A stretch of DNA of 64,000 nt from Octopus vulgaris. Lineage: Eukaryota. Below are positions 1 to 15,018 of the stretch, piece by piece. The stretch spans positions 17,670,001-17,734,000 of the forward strand of contig OX597814.1 of NCBI GenBank assembly GCA_951406725.2, given 5' to 3'. How positions within the stretch are numbered: the stretch's first letter is position 1; each line of letters starts with the position of its first letter. The notes below the pieces were generated by a model. The model did no database searches and was not told the DNA's origin. It was given only the letters and a program-made list of their open reading frames with translations. Position numbers and translations under genes: made by a program.

Positions 1-149
1 TATATATATATATATATATACACACACAAATTAAGGCAAATAGGATGCTTCGCGCGATATTTCGCTATTACATAATCAGAGTTGTCCTGTCGTTGATGAT
101 GGATGGTGACAAAGACAATATCTTTTCATTTTATTTAATCGAATGCATG

Positions 150-320
150 TTTGAAATTAAAACCATACCATCATGTTACGGGGTATAGTGGGAAGGAGAC
201 AATGTAAGAAAGAGTCCTAGATAACCTATACCTAAAATTACAGATGAAGATGTCACTACAACCATTTCCTTTGATCATAGACCGGTGTTTGTCACAGTTG
301 ATCTAGGGCTAAATAACCTT
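150..320 (+). mobile_element. Degenerate fragment of a dispersed repeat (family D, probable SINE 3' region)
   Basis: The motifs 'gtcctagata...', 'tttgatcatag' and 'gatctagggctaaataac' recur in degenerate form near 41390-41500 (-), 53890-54030 (+) and 63105-63250 (-). Confidence 0.4.
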
Positions 321-444
321 ACTAATTTCTCTCTACACAAGATTATTCAAAAACCCAAAATTGTATAGACGGTATGATTTGAACAGAGATAACACAAGTA
401 TGCTTAATTGATGGCTCACAATGACCATTATATAACTTATAATA

Positions 445-498
<54 letters not shown>

Positions 499-499
499 G

Positions 500-544
<45 letters not shown>

Positions 545-625
545 GGGTGCGAGCCCACATACACACACATATGTATATACATATATTTACATACATATAT
601 ATTTATGCCTATATATATACATACA

Positions 626-715
<90 letters not shown>

Positions 716-751
716 TTTATATATATATTATATATGTATGTGAGTGTGTGT

Positions 752-818
752 GGAGGCGCAATGCCCCAGTGGTGATATAACATTAATTCAACTAACAGAT
801 AGTGTGAGTGTTTGTGTT
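752..818 (+). mobile_element. Truncated SINE family C head
   Basis: ggaggcgcaatg...cagtggt and gtgtgagtgttt match the start of the copy at 876. Confidence 0.55.
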
Positions 819-875
819 TACATACACACACATATATAAACAGAAATATACATATAAATATATATACCATTGCGT

Positions 876-1172
876 GGAGGCGCAATGATCCAGTCGTTAG
901 GCAGCGGACTCGCGGTTGTAGAATCGCGGTTTCGATTCCCAGACAGGTCGTTGTGAGTGTTTATTGAGCGAAAACACCTAATGCTCCACGAGTCTCCGGC
1001 AGGGGGTGGCTGGCGATCCCTGCTGTACTCTTTCCCCACAACTTTCACTCACTCTTTCTTCTGTTGGCCTGCTCGCTTAGCCAGCGTGGTATCATCGTTT
1101 GCAGGCTAAAGCAATGCGAAGCGCATTGTGACCAGCGGTGTGTAGCAACATCTGATAGCCTGGTCGGTCACG

Positions 1173-1176
<4 letters not shown>
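876..1176 (+). mobile_element. tRNA-derived SINE, family C head and body with tail type 1
   Basis: tRNA-like head with A-box-like (tgatccagtcgtt) and B-box-like (gtttcgattcc) motifs. The body is shared with the copies at 27515 and 41968. It ends ...ggtcggtcacggtga followed by (TA)n. Confidence 0.85.
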
Positions 1177-1210
<34 letters not shown>

Positions 1211-1319
1211 AATGTTTTGAATTTTCCTTTTTGTAAAACCTAAACAATACAACTTACAAGAAAATAATAGAAATCGATGGCTTGTACTTTTCTTTTGTAT
1301 ATCAATATTTTTGTGTTAG

Positions 1320-1415
1320 GATACACACTACAGATCAAGGAAATTAGCCCACAACATCATTTCTCTGAATATTTCCTGAATAAGTGCTCCTCGTCCCGAA
1401 ATGCTGAAATTCAAG
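1320..1415 (+). other. Weak candidate internal exon (96 nt, phase 1-1; GYTLQIKEISPQHHFSEYFLNKCSSSRNAEIQ)
   Basis: Unique sequence bounded by ttttgtgttAG and AAG|GTaaaa, with one open frame. No recognisable protein similarity. Confidence 0.2.
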
Positions 1416-1497
1416 GTAAAAGTACAAACTGTGGATTTGCATTATTTCACAAAACTGCCTTGTTTAACTTCATTAAAAGAAAAGTATAAACTTTCTG

Positions 1498-1591
<94 letters not shown>

Positions 1592-2034
1592 AAGCAATCC
1601 TTCACGAAAGCTATAATACACTTATGCACACACATACACACACACGCGTAAATGAGTCGAAACTTAGATAATGCTGGTCAAACTCGATTTTAATTGATTA
1701 GATCTCAGGCTTTTTGTAAACCATTTTGCACAGAATACTGCGAATTATTTTATACGATGTATTACCGAATTTATTATCTCGAGCTGTTTAGAAATAAACA
1801 TATGAAATGAGAATAGGATGTAAACAAATGAGTATTGCAATCACATAATGTTTGACCAACGGCTAACATAGTATATATTAGGCATTTATAAGTTGTATTT
1901 ATCATAGTTGTCTTATATGCCAAACAACAGGTATTATCACATATCACCATCTATGCATAGAAGATATACAGAGGCTCGCGTACACAAACAGACACATGCA
2001 TGCACACACACATACACATATGTGCATGTATATA

Positions 2035-2260
2035 TACTCTTTACTCTCTTACTTGTTTCAGTCATTTGACTGCAGCCATGCTGGAGCACCGCCTTTAATC
2101 GAGCAACTCGACCCCGGGACTTATTCTTTTGTAAGCCCAGAACTTATTCTATCGGTCTCTTTTGCCGAACCGCTAAGTAACGGGGACATAAACACACCTG
2201 CATCGGTTGTCAAGCAATGCCAGGGGGACAAACACAGACACACAAACACACATACGCATA

Positions 2261-2318
<58 letters not shown>

Positions 2319-2478
2319 TATCATATATACGACGGGCTTCTTTCGACGTTTCTTTCGTTTCCGTCTACCAAATCCACTCACAAGGCTTTGGTCGGCCCGA
2401 GGCTATAGTAGAAGACACTTGCCCAAGGTGCCACGCAGTGGGACTGAACCCGGAACCATGTGGTTGGTAAACAAGCTA
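2035..2478 (-). mobile_element. SINE family A (bipartite, internal microsatellite), head slightly truncated
   Basis: Reverse complement of the reference copy at 52839-53200. The (AGTAAAAG)n tail is at the left and (TA)n lies in the middle. Confidence 0.9.
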
Positions 2479-2481
2479 ATA

Positions 2482-2520
<39 letters not shown>

Positions 2521-2958
2521 TGGTGTTCTTTTTATTATATTGTGCCTGCGTCTCTGTAGAAAGAGAGCAACACATACTGTATACAAACACACACACACAC
2601 ACACAAACACACACCCACACATATGCACACTCGCAGGCAAGTACATACTGAATTTTCTTATGTTTTACAAATTACATTTCGTGATAATCCGTTTTGTATC
2701 TCGTATTAGGAACAGGTGTTTTAAGCCTAGATTATGTAGAACATTTACCTGTGTATGTGCCTGTCTGTGTGTAAATAGATTCATGTATCTATATTTGTAC
2801 GATATAAATATATATGTTTACACATATAGGCACAGGCGCACACAGACCCACATCCATACACGCATATACATACATACATATATATCTGCGTCCATATATA
2901 TCTAAATACGTATAGACATACATACATGCATACATACATACATATATGTGTGTGTTTG

Positions 2959-3052
<94 letters not shown>

Positions 3053-4041
3053 TACATCCTTACGTATATTCAATCATATATATATCTGTATATGTATATG
3101 TATATATATATATATGCACTTAAATAATTATGCACACATGTATAGACATATCCGTGCAACATGGGATCCCTGTGCATATCCGCACGATGTGTTTGTGAGG
3201 TGTATATAAATAACTATACGCACAAATGTCAATAAGTTATATATATATATATAGCTGTGTGTGTGTGTACAGATACACAGATGCATAAACACACACACAC
3301 ATGCACACATATGCATATATATATATATGAATGTATATTAAGGCATGCACATGAATAGATATGGGTGTGTATATATATATACATACATACATAAGCATAC
3401 ATACGTCTCTAGACAGGTACGTGCATATGTATATGTGTGTGCGTGTGTCTTTATGTATGTGTGTGTGTGTGCATATATACTTGTCTGTGTGTGTGTATTC
3501 AAACTTTTGCAAATCTACATTGTTACTATATTTTACTAATTATCATCGTGACAATGAGATTTCAATCACCCATTAAGAACAGGACAAAGATTACATACAC
3601 CAATTTGTTTGTACGGAAAAGCCATTCGTATACATATGCACACACACATATTCAGAGTCATACACGCATTCACACCTTCACGCACATACACAAACACACA
3701 TGCTCTGGTATGCACGCGCGAACACAAAAAAAAAACACAAACTCGCAGCCATATACAGACAGTGAAATAAGCACATCACCTGTGCAGGCTTTGCTTTTTA
3801 TATATATACACACAACTAATTCTAAAATAAAATCATCATGTGTGTGGGTATATGTATGTATGCATATATGTATATATGTATGTATGTATAAATACATATC
3901 TATATGTGTGTGTGTATGTGCGTCTACATATATGTATGTATATATATATATATGTGCATGTATGCATATGTGTGTACATGCATATACGTGTATATATATA
4001 TGCATATATATAAGTATCTATGCATATGTATAAATTTATGT

Positions 4042-4087
<46 letters not shown>

Positions 4088-4121
4088 TATTACCTGCATA
4101 ATATTCCCTTAAGGTTCAATA

Positions 4122-4192
<71 letters not shown>

Positions 4193-4576
4193 GATGTATG
4201 TATGTATGCATGTATATACGTAAAGATACGTTATAATATAATGATACAATAATAAAATGAGATTATATATAATTTTACTATAGTATTATAATATGTTAAG
4301 AAAGACCAAAAAAGTTTACGGGGTACGAATCGCCCCATAAAGGAAACATGGTACTGATGATAAATGTAAATACAAGTGTTTCAATTTAATAGATTATGTA
4401 AGAATTTGGGTTATGCAATATATATATATATATGTATATACAAATTGTATCATATAATAAACTTACGTTATAAATTTCATACAGTAAATTATAAATGTTA
4501 AGTATGTATCATGAATTATTATTTTAGCTCATAAATACACAACCTAGGATTTTCTGTATAATACAGCGGTGATTTA

Positions 4577-4653
<77 letters not shown>

Positions 4654-4761
4654 ATATACTTGGAAATGGATGCGTGGCGCTCAATCAAATAATAATATAA
4701 ATAATATATATATATATGTATATAATAATATATATGTATGCACACACATACACATGCATAT

Positions 4762-4860
4762 ATGGGTACAGGACGTCACCAACAGTAAACAACATGAAAT
4801 ACGAAGAAAATGAGTTCAATACACAAACAAGGAGAGAAATAAATGGAAAGCAGGATAAGT
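4762..4860 (-). mobile_element. Fragment of a dispersed repeat shared with 39005-39165
   Basis: caggacgtcacca...agtaaacaacatgaaa...aaatgagtt is present at both loci. Confidence 0.6.
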
Positions 4861-4984
4861 ATGTATGTATGTGGTTATGTGCTTGTCTGTGTATATACAC
4901 TCATGTTTTGACAAATATATATTGAAATACACATACATGGATATATGTGTATGAAAATGTACAATATATTTATATGAATATACT

Positions 4985-5209
4985 ATTTTATTCTTTTACT
5001 TGTTTCTGTCAACTGACTGCTGTCATACTGGAGCACCGCCTTCAGGGGTTTTAGTGGAACAAATCGACACCAGGACTTCTTTTTGAAGCCTAGTACATTT
5101 TTGCCGTGCCGCTAAGTTAGGGGGAGGGGTGTAAACACACGAACACCGGCTGTCAAGCAGTGATTGGGCAGCAAACGCAGATCCAAAGACACGCATAGAT
5201 CTATACACA

Positions 5210-5243
<34 letters not shown>

Positions 5244-5382
5244 AATATATATATATATTTATACTACGGGCTTCTTTCAATTTCCGTCTACCAAATCCAC
5301 TCACAGGGCTTTTGTCGGCCTGAGGTTATGGAAGAAGACAGTTGCCTAAAGTGATGCAATCTGGGACTGAACTCGGAACAAT

Positions 5383-5385
<3 letters not shown>
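4985..5385 (-). mobile_element. SINE family A, diverged copy
   Basis: Both halves are recognisable (ctggagcaccgcc, ttccgtctaccaaatccactcaca, gggactgaac). Confidence 0.85.
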
Positions 5386-5457
<72 letters not shown>

Positions 5458-5458
5458 A

Positions 5459-5489
<31 letters not shown>

Positions 5490-5705
5490 CTTGAGCACCA
5501 CCAGCAAAAGTATTTTTTTCCTCTGTCTTCCCTTCTTGGGATCTTTCCTTCTCCTTGTTTCCGACGAAGAGCTCCGCTCGAAACGTTAAACCCTCCTTCC
5601 CTTCTTTCCTGAGCGTCAAATAATACTTTAATTGTTCCACGTCCTCGCGTTGCTGTGTTTTCTTCTGTGTTTTTTTTCTGTGTTTTCTTGTTTGGATTAA
5701 CTTTA
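5490..5705 (+). mobile_element. Penelope-like element pseudo-LTR-type fragment carrying a hammerhead motif
   Basis: Related to 45560-45760 (-) and 50280-50400 (-) through gctcgaaacgt.aaa...ct(g/a)agcg...taatac. Flanked by (TA)n. The Penelope assignment is inferred from the minimal hammerhead. Confidence 0.55.
5557..5591 (+). ncRNA. Minimal type I hammerhead ribozyme motif (U4C variant)
   Basis: GTTT-CCGACGA-A-GAGC(TCC)GCTC-GAA-ACGT-T-AAAC. Stem I is GTTT/AAAC, stem II is GAGC/GCTC, and stem III is the palindrome ACGT. Confidence 0.55.
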
Positions 5706-5722
5706 TATACATATATATATAT

Positions 5723-5829
<107 letters not shown>

Positions 5830-5949
5830 CACGCAAGCATGAACAACGAACACATAAATACACATGCTCACACACTAATTTATTTGATTCTGCGATACAA
5901 TGTCATATAATAAAAATAAAAATGATAATGTCAAGAATTATATTCATTA

Positions 5950-6332
5950 CTAGCAGTATCGCCCGGCGTTGCTCAGGTTTGTAAGGGAAATAACTATAAA
6001 GCATTTTTAGAGAGTTATAGCCAAAAAATAGGAAAAAAATGGAAAAAAAATGATGGTAAATTTTTTTTGAGAGTTAAAAAAGGTGGAGTTGCGTCCCCTA
6101 GACGGTCTGTGGTTTGGGTTTCTGATTCTCGACCCCATGTCGAATTTATCGATTTTTTTTCAGAACTGGGGGAACTTTTCAAAATTTTCGCTGCGTTAGT
6201 TTTGAATTATGACATTGGGCTATGTGTGCGTCAAGTTTCATCAGAATCGGTTGAAAGCCGTGGTCAGAGTGAGGGTACGAGAAAACAGACACACAGAAAA
6301 CGCACAGACAAACTGCCGTTTATATATAGAGA
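5950..6332 (-). mobile_element. Non-autonomous Helitron, apparently complete (383 bp)
   Basis: On the minus strand it starts host A|TCTCTATATATAAACGGC and ends CCTGAGCAACGCCGGG (hairpin)-CGATACTG-CTAG|T host. This gives the 5' TC, subterminal hairpin, 3' CTAG, A|T insertion and no TSD. Confidence 0.85.
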
Positions 6333-7283
6333 TAAAAGCAAAAGCGAAATTATGAAATCCCTGAAAGTGTAAGGAACGCAACATATGTTTTTACTATGCG
6401 GTGTTGCATGCACGTACACACACATACACACACATACGCACACACATATACATACACAAACATATATGTATATATATACAGGTACATATATGCATATATA
6501 TGTATGCACACACACACGCACGTACATATATTCATACGCAATCATGTGTGTATGTGTGTGGGTTTGTGTTTGTCTGTGTGTGTGTATGGGAACCTACGTG
6601 TGTGATTTTCACTAATTGGGTATTCTTACTTACATATCTTTTGTTAATCAATATTGTTTTTGCATTACACTAACAAAAAACATTTATATTTTAACTATAT
6701 TTATATATGGCAATTTTTTTCTGTATATATCAGGTATAGGTAAATACTATTTTACATCACAATGTAAATGAGTTCGAAGATATATCATTTTTTTTTTTCT
6801 GCTCACATTCCTTTTCCCCATGAATTTTATATAGCTTCTTTATAATACAATAATACATGAATGCTCCCTCCAATAAATTTACCATATACAAGACACCTTA
6901 TACATTTAAGCATATGCGTCTCTGTGCGTGTGTATACGCGTGTGTGTCTGTGTGTGTGTGTGTTTGATTTACTTGATAATCAATAAAGAGATAAATTTTA
7001 AATATTGTGTTTTCATAGTTATATCACTAAAGGAAATACAAATATATGAAAAAAAAAAAATATCGAAAACGTCCAACAAAGAGGAATACTACCTTTCTAC
7101 CTGTTGTTCAATAAAGGTATATTGCAAAAATTAAGCCTAACTGTTTTATACTCTCTCTCTTCAATGCTTGAGTATGGGTGTCAGTGAGTGTGGGTATATG
7201 TGTCATATATGTATATATATATATATATATCATGGTATATTATATTCTATATTCCGTATTATCTATCGATACATACATATATA

Positions 7284-7314
<31 letters not shown>

Positions 7315-7421
7315 GCATATGCATGTCTCTATGTGTGTGTACACGTCAAACATATATATATATATATGTATGTATATATACATATATCATATATATAGTA
7401 TATATGTATATATATATATAT

Positions 7422-7467
<46 letters not shown>

Positions 7468-7770
7468 TATATATATATATACACACACATATATATATAT
7501 GTATGTATGCATGTATATATATTTATAGCATATGTGTATATATATATCATATATATATAATATATGTATATATATATATATACATACATACATATATATG
7601 TATTATGTATATATATATACATATATACATACACACACATATATATGTATATATATATATATATATATATACTAGTATATTATATTCTGCATATATGGAC
7701 ACATGTATGCGTATATATATGCATGTAGTCGATGAATGTGTATTTTGGAATAATATGCATATGCAAACGC

Positions 7771-7818
<48 letters not shown>

Positions 7819-8104
7819 CTTGCTACACAACCCGTCACACACGCGCACACATATGTATATGAATATTAATTTCATACGCTCATTCATATTTTCAGGTACT
7901 GAGGAGTGTGGGGGGGGGGGGAATACATTGTTTGTGAAGGATTTACTATAATGAATTCTAAAATTTTACTATTTATTGTGTCATTCTAAAGGTGAACAAT
8001 TCGATAAATACAACATCTTGAAATTTTATGGACATTTATTGTTGAGTTAAGCATGATTCAAACGATACATCTTATGTGTATACTGTGAGTATAGATTTGT
8101 TTGT

Positions 8105-8173
<69 letters not shown>

Positions 8174-8340
8174 TGTGTGTGTGTGTGTATGTGCTACCAC
8201 GTTTACAAATATGTTAAAGTCACAGCAATGTATACATATATCATCACAATGAAATATGTGGGTTTATGTCTTATACCGGAATACACATAGGCATATGTAT
8301 ATATATAATATTTACATGCTTATATATGTCTACATATGTA

Positions 8341-8385
<45 letters not shown>

Positions 8386-8680
8386 TTATATGAGAGAAGG
8401 TGTGAAAATGCAATTTTAAAATACGTTTATTCACTTGACCGGTTTCACTTTTTTAGAAAATAGGTTGTCAAAAGTAAAATGTAATAGCTTTGTTGTGTTA
8501 AGTACTGGTTGTCACAAAACATTACAATACATATATACATTTTTTGATAATTATAAGTATATATATATATTCATGCATATATATTTATATATACATGAGT
8601 ACTATTCAATTGTACACACCCTCATATCCACTGTATGTGTGTGTGTATAATATGTATATGTATGTATGGATGGATGTAAA

Positions 8681-9020
8681 AAAGTTAAATGGTAAAGACC
8701 ACCTTGGGTCATGAATGACCATGGGATTGCATATAAAAAGTTCCCCTCCGAGGCTCATGTATGGACAAGGTTGTTTTACGAACGACCAGCAGAAGCACTT
8801 GCATTTCTGTCTCCCCTCTTCACGTCACTGATGAAATCTAAGTGAAAGGCAAAGGCCGATACAGCTTGGCTCCAGTGACGTTGCACATCATTTCTACAGC
8901 TGAATGAACTGGAGCAAAGTGAAATAAAGTGTCTTGCTCAAGAACGCATCACACAGCACAATCTAGGAATCAAACTGACTACCTCATGAATATGAGCCCG
9001 ACGCTCGATACACAGAGGCA
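8681..9020 (-). mobile_element. Diverged CORE-type SINE with an RTE-like 3' tail
   Basis: The minus strand has a tRNA-like head, then ttcttgagcaagacactttatttcactttgctccagttcattcagctgtagaaatga (same body as 23735-23800), then a different tail. Confidence 0.7.
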
Positions 9021-9288
9021 AAAATATATATATATATATATATCATTATAAATATAATATGAGATAGATAGATAAATAGATAGAGAGATAGAGAAAGAGA
9101 AAACGAGAGAGATATGCATATATGTTGGTATATAAGTATTACATAATTTTTTATTTACATATAGTTATATACATGAATATATAGGTATGGGTATACATGC
9201 ATTTATATGTATATTTTCTATATTTACATGCATCTGTGATAGATAGATAGATAAATAGATAGATATACATACATAAATATATATATAC

Positions 9289-9351
<63 letters not shown>

Positions 9352-9475
9352 TTTATATATACATTAATTTTGCCAACATAATGAGGGTGGGACGAATGTT
9401 ACTGTTATTTAGAAATAATATATTTTCTATATATACACACATATATATACATGCATATATATATATATATGCATG

Positions 9476-9516
<41 letters not shown>

Positions 9517-9536
9517 ATGTATATATATATATATGT

Positions 9537-9581
<45 letters not shown>

Positions 9582-9943
9582 CATAGACACCTATATATAC
9601 ACATACATATATATATACATACAGACATTTATATTTACATACATATATATGTATATGTAAAAACCGGTGCTTTCATTTTATTTGATGTTTCATTCTGCCT
9701 ATCACATTTACATATATTTGTGTACACACGCGTGTGTATTTGTGTGTGTGAGTGCCTGTGTGTGTTAGAATAACTAAACAATTATGTAAAGTATATATTG
9801 CAAATACCACAGTTGTTCCAATGTAGAAAATATGAACAACTAGTCATTTGAACTCTCAACATATCATAATTATTGACAGGCGGCCATACACCACTAGGAC
9901 AAGAAAGTGTAAGGAGATTTGCCTGTTAGAATCATTACACTGA

Positions 9944-9991
<48 letters not shown>

Positions 9992-10069
9992 ATTATACAC
10001 ACAAAAGCATAGACATACAGATATCTTTATACACACGGAGTGTATACACGCATACACATACCTATATGC

Positions 10070-10113
<44 letters not shown>

Positions 10114-10158
10114 GTACATATATATATATATATAAATGTACATATATATATATGTATA

Positions 10159-10207
<49 letters not shown>

Positions 10208-10634
10208 CTGTATATGCATATGATTATGCGTGATAGTGTGTGTACGCTAACACATAGAGTTATACGCCACCGTACAGTTAGCGGCATTTTAGCATGTGTT
10301 CATTTCGGTCTGCTTTTGTGCTCTCGTAGCTCTGCGAATCTATTTAAAAAGAAATTTACTCTTTTATCTACAGCAAAAATCATCATCACACATATACATA
10401 CATGTATGCATACACATATGCATACACGCATATATGGAAGTACACACGAAAGTACCACGTCATACATACACAATCGAAAGCACATACACGCATGCACACG
10501 CTCAAAAGTATTTTTGCTTTCACAACATACATATATAAGTATATATGTTTTACGTGTGCTTATATTAGTATGTGGTTCTATACATCCAAACGAGCGGGCA
10601 TATATATATATGTGTGTGTGTGTGTGTCTTTAAA

Positions 10635-10680
<46 letters not shown>

Positions 10681-10910
10681 CACATGGATTTTTGTATATG
10701 AAATTTATACGCATTACGTATATATATATATATATATATATATACATACGGAATATGTATAAATTTACCACTTTCAGAATGTAAAGCTATATTTAAATCC
10801 ATAGGATTTTGTTGAAAGAATTGTTAATTTGAATTTAAATCTTCTGTAATCACTTTTAGTTTTTACACACACACATTTGTAAAATCATATAGATATATAT
10901 ATATTTATAT

Positions 10911-10954
<44 letters not shown>

Positions 10955-11339
10955 AGTATGTATGTATGTATTCATATATGTATGTATACATACCTACATA
11001 TATATTTATATATACTTACATGTACATGTAATGATATATATTTATATATGTACGTATATACACACACACATATATGTATACAGAGATATAGAGAGTGAGT
11101 GAAAGAAAGAGAGAGCGGCCCAGGGAAAGATACATACAGTACAAAAGCATTTTTATATGAATATGTATTTATATAAATCACAACACAAAATCGGGGTTGG
11201 TGTTCCCTATTGAGTGATATCATATATTCAATGCCTTTTGGCTTTAAGCATATTATTTATGCTTATTCACCATTCTTTGTATCCCTTTGACTACTTATCT
11301 ATCTGACTATCTTTCTATCATCTCTCTGTCTATCTACCG

Positions 11340-11408
<69 letters not shown>

Positions 11409-11490
11409 CCGATCTATCTATTTATATATAGATAAATAGATAGATATAGAGATATATATTACTTTTATCTCTCTCTCTCTCTCTCTCTCT

Positions 11491-11536
<46 letters not shown>

Positions 11537-11547
11537 ATATATATTCA

Positions 11548-11589
<42 letters not shown>

Positions 11590-11634
11590 AATCTATATAT
11601 AAATGTGTCAATATAGACAGATAAAACGTGCATG

Positions 11635-11669
<35 letters not shown>

Positions 11670-12379
11670 GTATGTATGTATATATATATATATATGTATA
11701 TACATACATATACATTCTTCTCTTATGCGTATACAAATACATATGTACATATATTATGTGTATACTCATATATATATATACATATACTAATATGTATGTA
11801 TATGTGTGTATATTTATATATGTATACACACACACATACAAACATGCATACTACATATGTGTATATGTGTATGTATATGCATACATATATATAGACATAT
11901 ATATACATATATATATGTACATATATATATATATGTACACACACACATACGCATACAAATATAAGTTTGTATCTCATTGGGCGAGAGAAATGGAGAGAGA
12001 GAGGGAGAGTAAGTTACATGCTAGTAGAGAGGGAGTGATGTTGCATTTATCAATTATAGTACGCCTTTCTATATACTATGCATTTTCATTATTTTATTTT
12101 ATTTCATACTCTCTTAGTTTTTCTATGCCATGATTTCATCTGTGTTCAGAAATGCTTTCTAATGCTACTTACTGGTACACATGTGCTAGTAATGAGAAAT
12201 GTACTAATGCGTTATGATTATATTTCTTATAATTAATTGCTATAATGTGTATATGGAACATTTGCACTGGATTCAACTTCTACCTTTTTCTCCAGCACTA
12301 TGCTTTTTCTTTCCAAGCGAAAACTTTTCATTTTCTTCAAAACTTCGTTATATATATATAGAGAGAGAGAGAGACAATA

Positions 12380-12760
12380 GGTGCAGGCATTACTGCGAGA
12401 TAAGATGCTTACTTCCCAACCACATGAATCTGAGTTCAGTCCCACTGTTTTGGCATCATGAACAAACGTTTTCTAGCCTTGGGTCGACCAAAAGCGTGAG
12501 TGGAATTGACAGACGGAAAGCGAAAGGACCGCCGATCATATTAGTATGTGTGTGTGTGTGTGTGTGTGTGCGTGTGTGTGTGTGTGTGTGTGTTGCAGGG
12601 TACACTGTGTTTATGCGTCTCTGTTTGACCCCCCCCCCCACACACCACCTGACAATCGGTGGTGGTTTATTTGCGTCCCCTTGAATTAGATGTTTTCGCC
12701 AAAAGAGGCGGTTAAAACATTACCATACTTTTAAAGAAAATAAGTATGGTGGTGGAATCT
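12380..12760 (+). mobile_element. SINE family A, old diverged copy
   Basis: ggtgcagg...ttcccaaccacatg...gttcagtcccactg, a central (TG)n and a degenerate 3' half. Confidence 0.75.
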
Positions 12761-12969
12761 TTATCGAAAACCCAAGTAAATAGGTTCACACACACATGTC
12801 TGTATATATGTGCGTTTGTGTTTAATTATATGCTTATGTATATATATGTATATATATATACATGTATAAATATGTATATATATGTATTTATATATATATA
12901 TGTATATATTAGTATGCATATATATATGTATGTAAATATATATGCTTATATTTATGCATTATATATATG

Positions 12970-13025
<56 letters not shown>

Positions 13026-13068
13026 TGTATATGTATTTATATATGGATATATATATATGTATATATAA

Positions 13069-13112
<44 letters not shown>

Positions 13113-13154
13113 CATATCTATATATATATATATGAATATGTATGCTTGTTTGTA

Positions 13155-13192
<38 letters not shown>

Positions 13193-13528
13193 GGACGGCT
13201 TTCTTCTGTTGTATTGGAAGCACCTCATTGAACGGTTTTAGTCATATTTTATTTAAAATTCACCATATATCCATTATCAATTTTCATATTGAGTTTCAAA
13301 GAACTACTTTCATATGATAACTTGCTGCTTAAAGGAAAACTGTGCAACAACAAGTTGTTATCCCTTGTTCATGCAGTAGAAGAGACCGAAAATGTTTTTG
13401 TGCATTAATGGAGTTTGCAAGTTTACCGTTCCAAACCGATGAAAAGAAAATGAATAACCTCAAATTATAAATATAACTCGACACAATATTCAACATATAA
13501 ATACATACATACACAAACATATACATAT

Positions 13529-13599
<71 letters not shown>

Positions 13600-13658
13600 A
13601 TATATATATATATTGCCTGCGGTACATCACTGAAATAATTTTTTTTTCAAATTTACAG

Positions 13659-13700
13659 TGCTTTGTAGGGAATGGCTGGAAGCCTTCGAAGTCACTATGA
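13659..13700 (+). other. Weak candidate micro-exon (42 nt, phase 1-1; LCREWLEAFEVTM)
   Basis: Good acceptor tttttttcaaatttacAG and donor GA|GTAAGA. Only one frame is open. No protein recognised. Confidence 0.25.
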
Positions 13701-13823
13701 GTAAGAATATAAAGAAAATTTCATATTCGTTGAAAATTATGATTATTGTATTCCATGACTCCTTTCTACAGTGATCGTCCGCTATTTTTCATAGCCCTTT
13801 TTTTTTCACATAATGCCTGTATG

Positions 13824-13857
<34 letters not shown>

Positions 13858-14249
13858 TTCATGTATAAACGCACATACATATATACATGTATATATATAT
13901 AATATATATTTGTATGCTTGTGAGTGTGTGTGTGTACAGCGTGTTTGCATATATGTATGTGTGTGTCTGTGTGCGCGTGCATGCAAGATATGAAAATGAA
14001 AAAAAAAAATTACGAAGAGATATGAAATGTGTACTTAAGAGTTACCAAAGTTCTTTGATCCCACAGTGTTAGCTAACAGAGAGGTATGTGGTTCTGATAA
14101 GCTAAATGATGACTACAAAAAAAATAATAAATAAAGAAGAAACATCAAGAAGGAACAGGCGCTAATATTCCTGTCTATAACCATTATCATTCGTTGTTAT
14201 CAAAATTTAAATACCGGCATCTTTTGTCGTGTTGGCCGTTGCTTGTTGT

Positions 14250-14535
<286 letters not shown>

Positions 14536-15018
14536 GTCTATTTAAAAATTTATATGATATTGATATGTATGTATATATATATATGGTGTGTGTGTGTATA
14601 TATAATAACAAATTAATAAATAAAACATATGCTTACATACATATATGTACATACTTACATCTATATATATATACATGCATATATGAGTACAGGACATATA
14701 TATACATAGATTATACATTGTATAATATATAAATATATATTAGAGTAAATATAAATTAATACATATGTATACACGTATGTATGTATGCATGCTTGTATGC
14801 ACGTATGCATGTATGTATGTAAGTATGTGTGTGTATGTATTTATGCATGTATGTAAATATGGCGGTATGCACATAAACGCATAGGAAGAGAAAGAGTCAT
14901 TACAAAGTAAAGAGAGAGAGAGAGAGACAGAGAGAGAGACAGAGGGAGGAAGGGACGGAGAGGGAGAAGCAGACAGACAGATTTGTACGCAGACTCATAA
15001 GCAGACAGACGGACAGAT

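Noticed and set aside
876-950. tRNA gene calls at SINE heads (also 27735-27804, 42205-42277, 52839-52905)
   Set aside because: They have A/B boxes but no complete cloverleaf, and they continue into SINE bodies, so they are retroposon heads.
13189-13465. Possible mariner MITE bounded by TGAGGG... and ...AACCTCA
   Set aside because: The ends share too few inverted matches to call TIRs.
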